Source: Carpediemonas membranifera BICM (Eukaryota > Protista > Fornicata). Taken from it: a DNA stretch of 64,000 nucleotides. Each line of letters begins with the position of its first letter. The first letter of the stretch is position 1. The notes beneath the pieces are model-generated. The model was given only the letters and a program-made list of their open reading frames with translations. It did not search any database and had not been told where the DNA came from. Shown piece by piece: positions 25,755-36,738 of this stretch. The DNA lies in contig JAHDYR010000011.1 of the NCBI GenBank assembly GCA_019828565.1, positions 71,072-135,071 on the forward strand. The letters run 5' to 3'. The translations under genes and the position numbers were made by a program.

Positions 25755-26327
25755 ATGATTCGATACGATCTCAAAGACGGGATCGTGCGTCTCATAAGGG
25801 CGGTTCAGTTGTTCAAGAGCGAACTGAAACAGATGGGAGACGCCGCCCAAGAGATCGCAGAGCTCAAAGCCACCGTTCAACAGCTTCAAGACGCATTTAC
25901 TGCCGGCGGCAACGTCCGAGAGACAGTAGATCTGCTTCGGCAAGAGACCACCATGACTTGGAAGCGTCCTGCTTCATCCACTATGCGCGAAGAGGCGGAG
26001 TTCCTCGAGGAGATCTACCGCAGCTTCAAGTTCAATCGAATCAGTGGCTTCGCCGTACTCGCTCGCATCTTCCTCCGTCACCGAGTCCTATGGGTGGACC
26101 GCTACGGCTACCTAGCCGCCTCTGCTGTCTCCACCGCGGGCATGGCCGCCCTTGCCGAGCGCCACGAGATGAACGAGACGGAGATCGAGACTCTCGTCCT
26201 CCGCACCCTGTCCAAGATCCCCCGCCTGACCGAGAAGAACACCAAGCCCGGCACCGGACATGACGGCGGCAACCGGGGTTTTCACGGGAAGAAGCCGAAG
26301 CGCGCCGGCACGAAGAACTCAAACTAA
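25755..26327 (+). CDS. Putative gag-like ORF1
   Basis: Identical to 21829..22401. Confidence 0.65.
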   Translation: MIRYDLKDGIVRLIRAVQLFKSELKQMGDAAQEIAELKATVQQLQDAFTAGGNVRETVDLLRQETTMTWKRPASSTMREEAEFLEEIYRSFKFNRISGFAVLARIFLRHRVLWVDRYGYLAASAVSTAGMAALAERHEMNETEIETLVLRTLSKIPRLTEKNTKPGTGHDGGNRGFHGKKPKRAGTKNSN

Positions 26328-26690
26328 GTCAAAAGAAACCACCCATCAAGGATCCTCGCCCCGGTCCACAGGTCCTAACTCCTCATCCAACCACAAATCC
26401 CACTACTCCTCAATCTCCTCCCCTGTCACCGACGCCTCCTCCTCCCCCGTCCACAGCACCTCCTCCCCCGTCAGTTCCACCATTTCCCTGCATCAACAGG
26501 CAGTGGCGCCTATGGAGGCACTTGGGCGCGCCATCAGAGGTGGTTACGCGAGGGCGTCCCGATATCCCTAAGAGCGCACCCTCGTCATCCGCGCCTACCA
26601 CCAACTCGCGCCAAGGACCGCAAGGCATTCCGCGACCACCTGAAAACCCTCCTGAGCCTGGGCGCGGCAAGCCCATGCCGGTCTCCCAGC

Positions 26691-28340
26691 TTGATCTCAC
26701 CTATCTTCACTGTGCCGAAGACGCCACCAGAGACGCGTCTGATCCACGACCTAAGGGCATTGAACGCAGTGTCAACGGAACATCGAACCTTTCGGCTGAA
26801 GGGAGTCAAGCAAGCGATGGCCCAGCTTCGCGAAGGAGACTACATGGCACGCTTGGACCTAGTCAAGGGCTACTACCAGTTAGGGGTCAGGGCCTCGGAC
26901 AGCCCGCTGCTGGGTTTCGTGGTCGACGGGAGACCCTATGCCTTCAACGTCCTACCCTTCGGCTGGGGCCCAGCGCCATTCTTCTTCCAAAGGGTGATGC
27001 TGACAGCAGCGCAGATCGTAGCACGGATGTTCCCAGGCATCAACTTGACCATCTATCTCGACGACTGGCTCCTGTCCGGGGACAAGAAGACACTGACCGC
27101 TGCGATGCCCGGCATACTACAGCTCCTAGAGAACCTCGGCCTGGTCATCAACAGGAAGAAATCGCAGCTCTCACCCACGCAGCAGACCGACTTCCTTGGC
27201 TTCGTCATGGACTCTGGCCGGCGGGGGATCGCTCTGCAGGACAGCAAGCGGCAGAAGTACCTCTCACGAGTCAGGGAGGCCTTGGCATCGGGGGCCACGA
27301 CACACAGCATGCAGCGGTTGTTGGGCAATCTCGGCTTTGCAGCCATCATTTGGCCGGAGGGCCGAGCCGCTATCAGACCCCTCCAGAGAGCCCAACTGAA
27401 GGACCGCTACCGCACACTCATATCCGGCGAAGCGAGAGAAGCACTGATCCAATGGGAGCGCCGCTTATCACGGCCATCTCCGATAAGGTCCTTCCAAGAG
27501 CTGCTTCACCTGTGGGGTCTGTCTCCGACGCTCCACATCACAGCGATGACAGACGCCTCTCACTCAGGACTCGGCGGAGTGATCACAATCCCGGGCCGTC
27601 AACCCTTCACCTTCACCAGGCCGGCCCCGGTGGACGAGCACATCACATTGCTCGAGTTCCGAGCAGTGGAACAAGCAGTGAGACTGATCCTAGCAGAGCC
27701 GTTGACAGACGCGGAGGTCACCATCTACTCCGACTCGGTGGCAGCAGTCAGCTGGTGGAACAAGCAAGGCTCAACCAAGGCTCCGCAGTTTGTAGACTCA
27801 GTCATACGGGACCTGCTACCCACACTGAGCGAAAGGGCCATCAGGATAAGGCTCCTTCACGTCTCTGGTCACTTGAACGTCCAAGCCGACGCATTGTCGA
27901 GGTCCGAAACGCTCTCAGCGCCTCGTCGGATCATCGACAGGATCACAGCCGAGTGGGGTCCCATGCAGAAAGAGATCTGGCCCTCCGAGTGGCTTGGAGC
28001 TCGAGTAGAACACAGCCCGTCGACGGTCGACGACAGCAGGTTCATAGACATGGACTGGTCGACAGGAAGGTGGCTAGCAGTGACACCCTTCGCGCTCCTA
28101 TCAGCAGTATATGCAAAGCTGTGCCACCTCCACATTGCAAGGACCACACAGCCGAGATCCCTACCAAGTGCCCTCGTCCTGCTAGTGTCCGACTGCAGAT
28201 CGCCGACGGCAGTTGCGCTGAGAGAGCTGACTCCGCACCGCATGTTCTTCAGAGTCAAAGCGGAGGACGCGGACCTATCAGCGATCACCCCCTGCAGGCG
28301 GACGGCACATACCGATTGGCGGCCCTGTTTGTGGGAGTGA
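26691..28340 (+). CDS. RT + RNase H + degenerate methyltransferase-like domain
   Basis: Same motifs as copy 1. The frame is open upstream to ~26378. Confidence 0.93.
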   Translation: MISPIFTVPKTPPETRLIHDLRALNAVSTEHRTFRLKGVKQAMAQLREGDYMARLDLVKGYYQLGVRASDSPLLGFVVDGRPYAFNVLPFGWGPAPFFFQRVMLTAAQIVARMFPGINLTIYLDDWLLSGDKKTLTAAMPGILQLLENLGLVINRKKSQLSPTQQTDFLGFVMDSGRRGIALQDSKRQKYLSRVREALASGATTHSMQRLLGNLGFAAIIWPEGRAAIRPLQRAQLKDRYRTLISGEAREALIQWERRLSRPSPIRSFQELLHLWGLSPTLHITAMTDASHSGLGGVITIPGRQPFTFTRPAPVDEHITLLEFRAVEQAVRLILAEPLTDAEVTIYSDSVAAVSWWNKQGSTKAPQFVDSVIRDLLPTLSERAIRIRLLHVSGHLNVQADALSRSETLSAPRRIIDRITAEWGPMQKEIWPSEWLGARVEHSPSTVDDSRFIDMDWSTGRWLAVTPFALLSAVYAKLCHLHIARTTQPRSLPSALVLLVSDCRSPTAVALRELTPHRMFFRVKAEDADLSAITPCRRTAHTDWRPCLWE

Positions 28341-28368
28341 CATCTTCACCATCTCCCTCGAGGGTGAC

Positions 28369-29235
28369 ATGTTAAGTGGATTCGTAGACAAGCGCCACGT
28401 CGCGGGTGTGCTCCAACAGTTCTCGGGTTTCTGGGGTGCCCTTCCACCTGACACTAGCAGCATCGAAGTCATAAGAGCATGGGCCAAGGACCAAGCCTCG
28501 AGGGTCACCAAGGATACAATCACCTCGAAGTGGAGCCTAATCCGTCGCTTCTTCGGCCGGGTGTCATCATGGGAACCACCGCTGGACGCCGACGCAGTCA
28601 TCAAAGAGCAGGCAAGGAACGCTCTTGGGAAGCTTAGAGGGCCTGCTCTCCCGATTCGCGCGCACACTCTGGTTGACAGGCTTCGGGCTGCCCACCCTCA
28701 GTCTCGAGACGACGACCTTTGGAAGGAGGCTTTCGCCTTTGCACTGACCACCTACGCCACGACCTCCAGGCCAGGAGAGATCTATGCCCTGCATGTTGGT
28801 GACGTTAGAGCGGAGAGCGCGCGCCGCGGGCTAAGAATCTCCATCCACGGCACTAAGACCCGGCGAGTGGTCGTTGAGAAGCTCGTCCCGAGAGTCGACG
28901 GGGAGCTAGACCCGGCTCACTGGCTATCTGAGGTCCTAGTCAATAGGATAGATGCAGGCGCGGTGGCCGAAGACCCTCTCTGGTCGCACCCCTACTCAGT
29001 CATTGAGGACCAGGTGAAGGGCATCATCTCCACGCAGGCTCGGCTGCACGGTCTGCGCCGCGGGAGCGCGGCTGACCTGGTTCTGATGGGTATCCCTATC
29101 CCGGTTGTTGCGGCGAAGGGCACATGGGCTGACCAGAACTCATTGATCCGTTATGTGGAAGACGTGCTTCGCCTGGACTACAGCACGTCCGTAGCCCCGT
29201 TCAGAGCCTTATTAGAGAAGGATAAGAAGAGATAA
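28369..29235 (+). CDS. Tyrosine recombinase, intact
   Basis: Catalytic set R-K-H-R-W-Y: SRPGE, TKT, HGLRRG, KGTW, LIRY. Confidence 0.93.
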   Translation: MLSGFVDKRHVAGVLQQFSGFWGALPPDTSSIEVIRAWAKDQASRVTKDTITSKWSLIRRFFGRVSSWEPPLDADAVIKEQARNALGKLRGPALPIRAHTLVDRLRAAHPQSRDDDLWKEAFAFALTTYATTSRPGEIYALHVGDVRAESARRGLRISIHGTKTRRVVVEKLVPRVDGELDPAHWLSEVLVNRIDAGAVAEDPLWSHPYSVIEDQVKGIISTQARLHGLRRGSAADLVLMGIPIPVVAAKGTWADQNSLIRYVEDVLRLDYSTSVAPFRALLEKDKKR

Positions 29236-29674
29236 GCCCCTCAAAGCCATTGAGGAGTGGCTGCGAGGGGTATGATTGTGGGCCTTAGTGAGGCTAATCA
29301 TAAACCTTGATGGACAAGGTGATATTGGCTATTTGGAAGCCGTTAAGGCTTTAGAGTCTCTTTTAGGCTCGATGGTTCAATAATTGCGCATCAGATGAAG
29401 AAATTGCGCAACAAAAGTGAAAAATCGCTAGAACTCCTCAACGAAGCGCCGTTGAGGGCTATAGACCTCGTTTTGAGCTCTTTGTGTTGGCATATGCAAT
29501 GAATTGCAGCCGGGGCACAGCTTGCATGAAAGACATCGAGAGTGTCTTAAAGTGCACCGATCGGCTGCAATCGCTTGGGCGGCGACTGGTTCCCTGTGGG
29601 AATGGACGGAGTCTACCGGATCGTCAGCCTGTCTGACTGGCAAGGCCAGCGGAGCCAAAACTTCGGCGCGAGAG

Positions 29675-29997
29675 CATACTGTGAAAGTCGGCAGATAATC
29701 TACGATTTTTTCTAGATAATCTAGGGCCTAAAAACCCTAGATTATCTATTTCTTCCGGACCGAAAATGAAGTATTCATTGAATTTAAACAATTTACGGGA
29801 AAGTGAATACCTTCATTGCATACAAAAGCGCGTATGCAGAGAGCCTGCAAGAGGTCCAGTGCGGTCTAACCACTGATTTCGACTTCTTTGCGACGCAGGT
29901 TAAGGCAAAAGGATGAAACGAGCAATATCTCAAAATTGACACGTTGGAATCGGTACGAGAGTGATTTTGCAGACTGCTGACGGGATGTACATATGCG
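29675..29997. mobile_element. Single terminal fragment of a CATACTGT-ended DNA transposon
   Basis: Begins catactgt, like the TIR at 37369. AT-rich, with the hairpin tagataatctaggg..ccctagattatcta. No matching second end. Confidence 0.6.
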
Positions 29998-31215
29998 CAT
30001 GTTCAACGAATGTGCGGCGGATCCCATCAATCGTGGCAAGGTCTAGCCACCCCCCAGGCGCAACCTGCTGATGAGCGGCAACCAGAGCGTCAGGTCCTGT
30101 GTATACGAATGTACGTGGTTCAGGGCCTTGGCTTGCCTGCGGCGGCGGGCGAAGGGGAGGGTTGGCTGAGTCACCACGGGCATCGTGCCCGGTCTCTGAC
30201 TCAGCTCTCTCCCCTTCCCCGCCTTCGACGCCCGCCAGGGAGAGGAACTCGGACACTGCGGTGTCGTCGATGTTCCTCTCCTCTGGCTGGGTGGGGGCAA
30301 CCTGGGCGGGGGTCTGGCGCGTGGGCCTGTCACCCTGCGGGGCGGCTGCGGGCTGCGGCCCAGTTAGGGCGGCAGCGGAGTCGGTGGGGGCAGCCTGGGC
30401 AGGGGTGGGGTCGGTAGACCGGTCATCCCGCTGGGCGGCTGCGGGCTGCGGCCCAGTTAGGGCGGCAGCGGAGTCGGTGGGGCAGCATCGGCAGGGGTGG
30501 GGCTCGGGGGTCGGTCTCCCTGGCGTCGGGCGAAGGCCTCGGCCCTCGCGTACTCGCGGGCGATGCCCGCATTCGGTGGGCTGGCTGGGCGGGGCGCATG
30601 CTGGACCCGCTTCACCAAGGCGGTTACAGACGTCGTCCTCTGAGGGCCTCGGACAGTCTGAAGGAGGTTCATCCTTCTCGCTTTCACTGGGTCAATGGCG
30701 TGCTCGATCATACGCTCAAGAGCCTCGTTCGCACGTTCGATGGTGAGCGTTGATGTGAACGCCTGATCAGTGGCTGCAGCGTGCAGAATGGCGACAGCAT
30801 TTGCGACGTGATCGTCGCGGCGGGAAGCTTTCACCTTGTGGCCGGGGCCGAAGCGATTTGTCGCCGCGTGAACGTAGTTGGTTATCCAAACCAAGTTGCT
30901 CACCGTGAAGAAACGCTTGTAATCCGAAATAAGGCTCAATAGACGTTCTTTGTTCATGCAGATCTCAATAAAGGCCTCAGTATCCTTCGGCCAAGAGTTC
31001 TTCGAGCTGGAGGGATGGAAATCGTTAATCCACCGCAGAAGAGCAGCGAATAGCGCTAATCGCTTGTCAATAGACGTACCAGGTCCGTCATCGGATGTAT
31101 GGCAGGATTCGTCGCCTTGCGGCGGCGAATCGAGCAACTTTCCTCTGGATACCATGGCCGAATTTACTTCCTGAGGTTGTCCGAACGACACGCGACTCCG
31201 CGGAATTTCGAGCAA
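29998..31215 (-). mobile_element. CRE-like unit 4, 5' part only (RT/RLE region deleted)
   Basis: Near-identical to 34358..36600 apart from repeat number. Its left edge abuts the DNA-transposon fragment. Confidence 0.88.
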
Positions 31216-31353
31216 CTACTCTCGCGCAGGGGCAGGGGATGCGTTATGCGATGCGGCGATGGGGCGGGAGGCGCAGGGGGGCTCGGGGACGACGCAGCCT
31301 AGAGTGGCCGAGTCAGCAGAGTCGCGACTCCGGCATTTTGTGGGGAGGGCAGA

Positions 31354-34300
31354 TTATTGGTGGTGCTCGGCCCAACGGGCCTTGCACTGGAGACATAGTC
31401 CGACCAGACGCGGATGTTGTCTGCCCAGACCGAGAGGAAGGTGCGGTGCTTGACCCTGGGGACCAGGTGGGGCGGGCGATCGCCTCACAGAGCTTCACGG
31501 CCCAGCACTCGGTGATGCGGGACTCAGTCTCACCCAGGACGGTGGTGGCGGCTGGGATAAATGTAATAGCCCAGTTCTGGTACTCCCTGGCCTTCTCCAG
31601 CTCAGCCGCGCGCGGGTTGACTCCACAGTAAAAATCGACATAGACGTCGTCATGGACCACGTTGCCAACCACGTCACGCTCACCAGAGACCTTGAGGTCG
31701 GCCCTCTTGCGGGTGGGCGCTCTGGCAGACACCTGCCGGAACCTGGGGTGGGCCCGGGTGAGCCAGCGCTCGGGCTTCACGTCAGCCATTGGACGGCCAG
31801 ATATGTCATCGTCACTGACAACGGCCTGTACAACGTCCCGAATGTGGTCATGGCGGGCATCGTCGGCACCTCCGGTCTGGTTGGGGCACGAGAGGGCGTG
31901 CTTCCACGTGATGGCTTGCGCGTTGCACAGCGGGCAGACCTCAGGCAGCTCCTCGAATGGGGCCGTGTCGAGGTGCGCCCGCACAATGGGAACAAAGAGG
32001 GACCCCAGTGGAGCCGGATCGAGCTCCAAGGGCGTGAGGGAGGCCTCCTTGCGGAGTGCTCCGGCAGCGGGGCGGGGCGGCCAGCTGACTCCGGTAGAGC
32101 CTGAACGGCGGCATCTGGGCATAACTCGAAGTCAGCAGGCTGATTGGGGCGGAACTCAAGCACCCATGCATCTCTATGGAATTTGGTTAGCTTCTTCTGA
32201 GGCTTCATGGCCTCGATCTCATAGAGAGCCTCGACACTTTCAGGCCATACAGCGCTGCCATCGAGCTTGAAAAGCGACTCGTCAAGGTGAGGGACGGTCC
32301 TGTTGGGGCGTAGTGTGTGCAGTTGGTGTGTTGTGCCCAAAATGCACACTTCCACACGAGCGATGGCAAAGGCATACGAAGACCGAAATCATCGTAATCA
32401 AGCGCAATACGCTGCGTAGGAACTTGCAATCTGCCCATTTTCTGCAGGATGTCGCCAATCGCTCGAAGGATTTTCCTTTCCAGCTGAATTGTCCTTGATT
32501 GGTGGGGAACTGGAGAGACAGACCGATAGATTGCCGAAGGCATTGCCAAAACACACGATCTCAGCATATTGATGGCAACACCGGCCGAAACAGGACCAAC
32601 TGCTTCCACCATCGCAACGATTCTTTCGATGGCCGCTTCCATGCCACAGAACACTTCATCGACTACCGCAGCCTCGCCATCAGCATCCCCAATGGGGACA
32701 CCGACCGCCTTTCCGCACACAGCGCGCCGGATGTTCCCCGAAACCCCGAACTTCGAGATGACAACACACTTGGCCGCGTTGACCTTCATACCCACGCCGT
32801 TCGCCAGTGCGGCGCATCGAGCAAAGAAGGCATCAATACGTGTGCTTGGTGTGTCGCGGGGGGCGACAAGGTATGCATCATCCTGGTATGCAACCAGGTC
32901 GCAGTCCGGGAATTCAGACCGCAGCTGGTCTAGCACAGGTTTCATGGCCAGGGAGAAGAGGACAGGAGAGATGGGATCCCCCTGCTGTACCCCTTCCCTG
33001 GACGGAATGACGAGTCCTGTAGGGGTGATCAGACGACCCTGACGGTACATGACCTCAAGGTACGGCAGCAGGGCGGGAACCCAGGCCTCTGCGACGTCCC
33101 GGAGGTGCTGCCTGGACACCGTTCCATATGCGTTAGTCATGTCGACGGCACATACCTGGTCGCCTGCTGCATACCTCTCTGCCAGAAGGTCAGCCATACA
33201 GTCAAGACCACAGGGCTCGCCCAGTCCATACTGGCCAGAGCAGACCCCGTCCGCGGCAAGGCGCAGGCCAACCACGCGGGCCAAAGCCTTCCCGGCCACG
33301 CGGCGTAGACACTCGCCCATGGCGATGGGGCGCACGTTGCCCGCCCCCTTCGGTAGCGCAACTAGCCGGGCATGGGAGAGGATCTCAGTGTACCTTTCGC
33401 CACTGATGATGTCGAGCAAAAGCGGCGTTATTGCCCTGACGAACTGGCCTTTCCGCAGTCTATAGGCCAGCTTCAGATGTAGAAAACTGAGGCCCGATGG
33501 CCCAGGTGCCGAGTCAGTCTTCAGTCGATCGAGGACATGCGTGACGACCTCCTCTGTCAGCTCAAACGACTCAAGCGCACCCGGCATCCTGGGTGGGTGG
33601 AACAGGGTCGGGTTGAGCACCGGCTCCTCCTGCAGCGCCTCCAACTGCTCGTCAACTTCAGCCGGGGCCAGTGTGAGGTCTTCCGCAAGGAGCACCTTCA
33701 ACGCACTCGAATAGTAGCCGGCCGCTGCTTTGTTATACGCCGCAAACTCAGGTGTCCGGCTTCTGAGCCCGACCGGCTCCTTTGAGGGCCTGTACACCGT
33801 GCGCGGATGCTGTAGGACAGCAATGAGGGCAGCTCGCTTCCGCGAGGCGGGAGCCTCGTTGAGAGCTACGAAGCGGTTGATCAGGCCCTTCACGAACGGC
33901 AGTGCGCCCTTCTTTGACGGCTTGGCCTTCCCAATCCTTCCTGCCTCAGTCGGCGAGGGCAGGGAATCGGAGCTCCTCCGGCAGCTGCTGGGAGGAGGTT
34001 GCGTGCGGCTGTGCCTGGGGCCGAGCCGGGACCAACGGCGCACGACGGGCAGTGGGTCGACTCGACGACTGTCCTGGAACCGCGGGGATGGCCGGGTCAG
34101 GTGGCAATCCAAGTCCCTCGCGGATGAATGCCACGAACCTGGGTGCGAACGACTTCAGGCCTTGCGGGAACGCATACGTCGGCCGGTTCCTCGGGTGAGC
34201 CGCAAAGACCTGCTCGAGGAGAGCCGTCCAGCGTGCTCTGGACATGCGGTTCTGCCCGTTCTGCCCCCTGGAGAGCCAGCGGACGGCCTCGACTGACGTC

Positions 34301-36600
34301 AGCGTCGATCTGACTTGGTCATTAGTGGACCACATGCCGCTGCGGTCCTCTCTGGGGACATGTTCAACGAATGTGCGGCGGATCCCATCAATCGTGGCAA
34401 GGTCTAGCCACCCCCCAGGCGCAACCTGCTGATGAGCGGCAACCAGAGCGTCAGGTCCTGTGTATACGAATGTACGTGGTTCAGGGCCTTGGCTTGCCTG
34501 CGGCGGCGGGCGAAGGGGAGGGTTGGCTGAGTCACCACGGGCATCGTGCCCGGTCTCTGACTCAGCTCTCTCCCCTTCCCCGCCTTCGACGCCCGCCAGG
34601 GAGAGGAACTCGGACACTGCGGTGTCGTCGATGTTCCTCTCCTCTGGCTGGGTGGGGGCAACCTGGGCGGGGGTCTGGCGCGTGGGCCTGTCACCCTGCG
34701 GGGCGGCTGTGGGCTGCGGCCCAGTTGGGGCAGCAGCGGAGTCGGTGGGGGCAACCTGGGCGGGGGTCTGGCGCGTGGGCCTGTCACCCTGCGGGGCGGC
34801 TGCGGGCTGCGGCCCAGTTAGGGCGGCAGCGGAGTCGGTGGGGGCAGCCTGGGCAGGGGTGGGGTCGGTAGACCGGTCATCCCGCTGGGCGGCTGCGGGC
34901 TGCGGCCCAGTTAGGGCGGCAGCGGAGTCGGTGGGGGCAGCCTGGGCAGGGGTGGGGCTCGGGGGCCTGTCATCCCGCTGGGCGGCTGCGAGCTGCGGCC
35001 CAGTTAGGGCGGCAGCGGAGACGGTGGGGGCAGCATCGGCAGGGGTCTGGCGCGTGGGCCTGTCACCCTGCGGGGCGGCTGCGGGCTGCGGCCCAGTTGG
35101 GGCAGCAGCGGAGTCGGTGGGGGCAACCTGGGCGGGGGTCTGGCGCGTGGGCCTGTCACCCTGCGGGGCGGCTGCGGGCTGCGGCCCAGTTAGGGCGGCA
35201 GCGGAGTCGGTGGGGGCAGCCTGGGCAGGGGTGGGGTCGGTAGACCGGTCATCCCGCTGGGCGGCTGCGGGCTGCGGCCCAGTTAGGGCGGCAGCGGAGT
35301 CGGTGGGGGCAGCCTGGGCGGGGGTCTGGCGCGTGGGCCTGTCATCCCGCTGGGCGGCTGCGAGCTGCGGCCCAGTTAGGGCGGCAGCGGAGACGGTGGG
35401 GGCAGCCTGGGCAGGGGTGGGGCTCGGGGGCCTGTCATCCCGCTGGGCGGCTGCGAGCTGCGGCCCAGTTAGGGCGGCAGCGGAGACGGTGGGGGCAGCA
35501 TCGGCAGGGGTCTGGCGCGTGGGCCTGTCACCCTGCGGGGCGGCTGCGGGCTGCGGCCCAGTTGGGGCAGCAGCGGAGTCGGTGGGGGCAACCTGGGCGG
35601 GGGTCTGGCGCGTGGGCCTGTCACCCTGCGGGGCGGCTGCGGGCTGCGGCCCAGTTAGGGCGGCAGCGGAGTCGGTGGGGGCAGCCTGGGCAGGGGTGGG
35701 GTCGGTAGACCGGTCATCCCGCTGGGCGGCTGCGGGCTGCGGCCCAGTTAGGGCGGCAGCGGAGTCGGTGGGGGCAGCCTGGGCAGGGGTGGGGTCGGTA
35801 GACCGGTCATCCCGCTGGGCGGCTGCGGGCTGCGGCCCAGTTGGGGCGGCAGCGGAGTCGGTGAGGGCAGCATCGGCAGGGGTGGGGCTCGGGGGTCGGT
35901 CTCCCTGGCGTCGGGCGAAGGCCTCGGCCCTCGCGTACTCGCGGGCGACGCCCGCATTCGGTGGGCTGGCTGGGCGGGGCACATGCTGGACCCGCTTCAC
36001 CAAGGCGGTTACAGACGTCGTCCTCTGAGGGCCTCGGACAGTCTGAAGGAGGTTCATCCTTCTCGCTTTCACTGGGTCGATGGCGTGCTCGATCATACGC
36101 TCAAGAGCCTCGTTCGCACGTTCGATGGTGAGCGTTGATGTGAACGCCTGATCAGTGGCTGCAGCGTGCAGAATGGCGACAGCATTTGCGACGTGATCGT
36201 CGCGGCGGGAAGCTTTCACCTTGTGGCCGGGGCCGAAGCGATTTGTCGCCGCGTGAACGTAGTTGGTTATCCAAACCAAGTTGCTCACCGTGAAGAAACG
36301 CTTGTAATCCGAAATAAGGCTCAATAGACGTTCTTTGTTCATGCAGATCTCAATAAAGGCCTCAGTATCCTTCGGCCAAGAGTTCTTCGAGCTGGAGGGA
36401 TGGAAATCGTTAATCCACCGCAGAAGAGCAGCGAACAGCGCTAATCGCTTGTCAATAGACGTACCAGGTCCTTCATCGGATGTTAGGCAGGATTCGTCGC
36501 CTTGCGGCGGCGAATCGAGCAACTTTCCTCTGGATACCATGGCCGAATTTACTTTCCCAGGTTGTCCGAACGACACGCGACTCCGCGGAATTTCGAGCAA
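31354..36600 (-). mobile_element. CRE-like unit 5, full length (frameshifted)
   Basis: ORFs 33946..36600, 32205..34112 (RPIAMGECLRR, GVQQGDPISP, YQDD) and 31313..32122 (CPLC, RHD, RADL). Confidence 0.92.
34650..35905 (-). repeat. 93-bp (31-aa) coding tandem repeat, 13 copies
   Basis: Thirteen TGPQ units in ORF 33946..36600. Confidence 0.9.
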
Positions 36601-36738
36601 CTACTCTCGCGCAGGGGCAGGGGATGCGTTATGCGATGCGGCGATGGGGCGGGAGGCGCAGGGGGGCTCGGGGACGACGCAGCCTAGAGTGGCCGAGTCA
36701 GCCGAGTCGCGACTCCGGCATTTTGGGGGGAGGGCAGA

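Larger units (their letters stand above)
25712..29674 (+). mobile_element. Tyrosine-recombinase retrotransposon copy 2, plus the first 36 bp of a third unit
   Basis: Near-identical to copy 1. ggcaaggccagcggagcc recurs at 21786, 25712 and 29639. Confidence 0.92.

Noticed and set aside
34460-36028. Long plus-strand ORFs across the 93-bp repeats (also 9064..9927 and 13771..14907)
   Set aside because: Antisense shadows of a GC-rich in-frame repeat, with no independent motifs.
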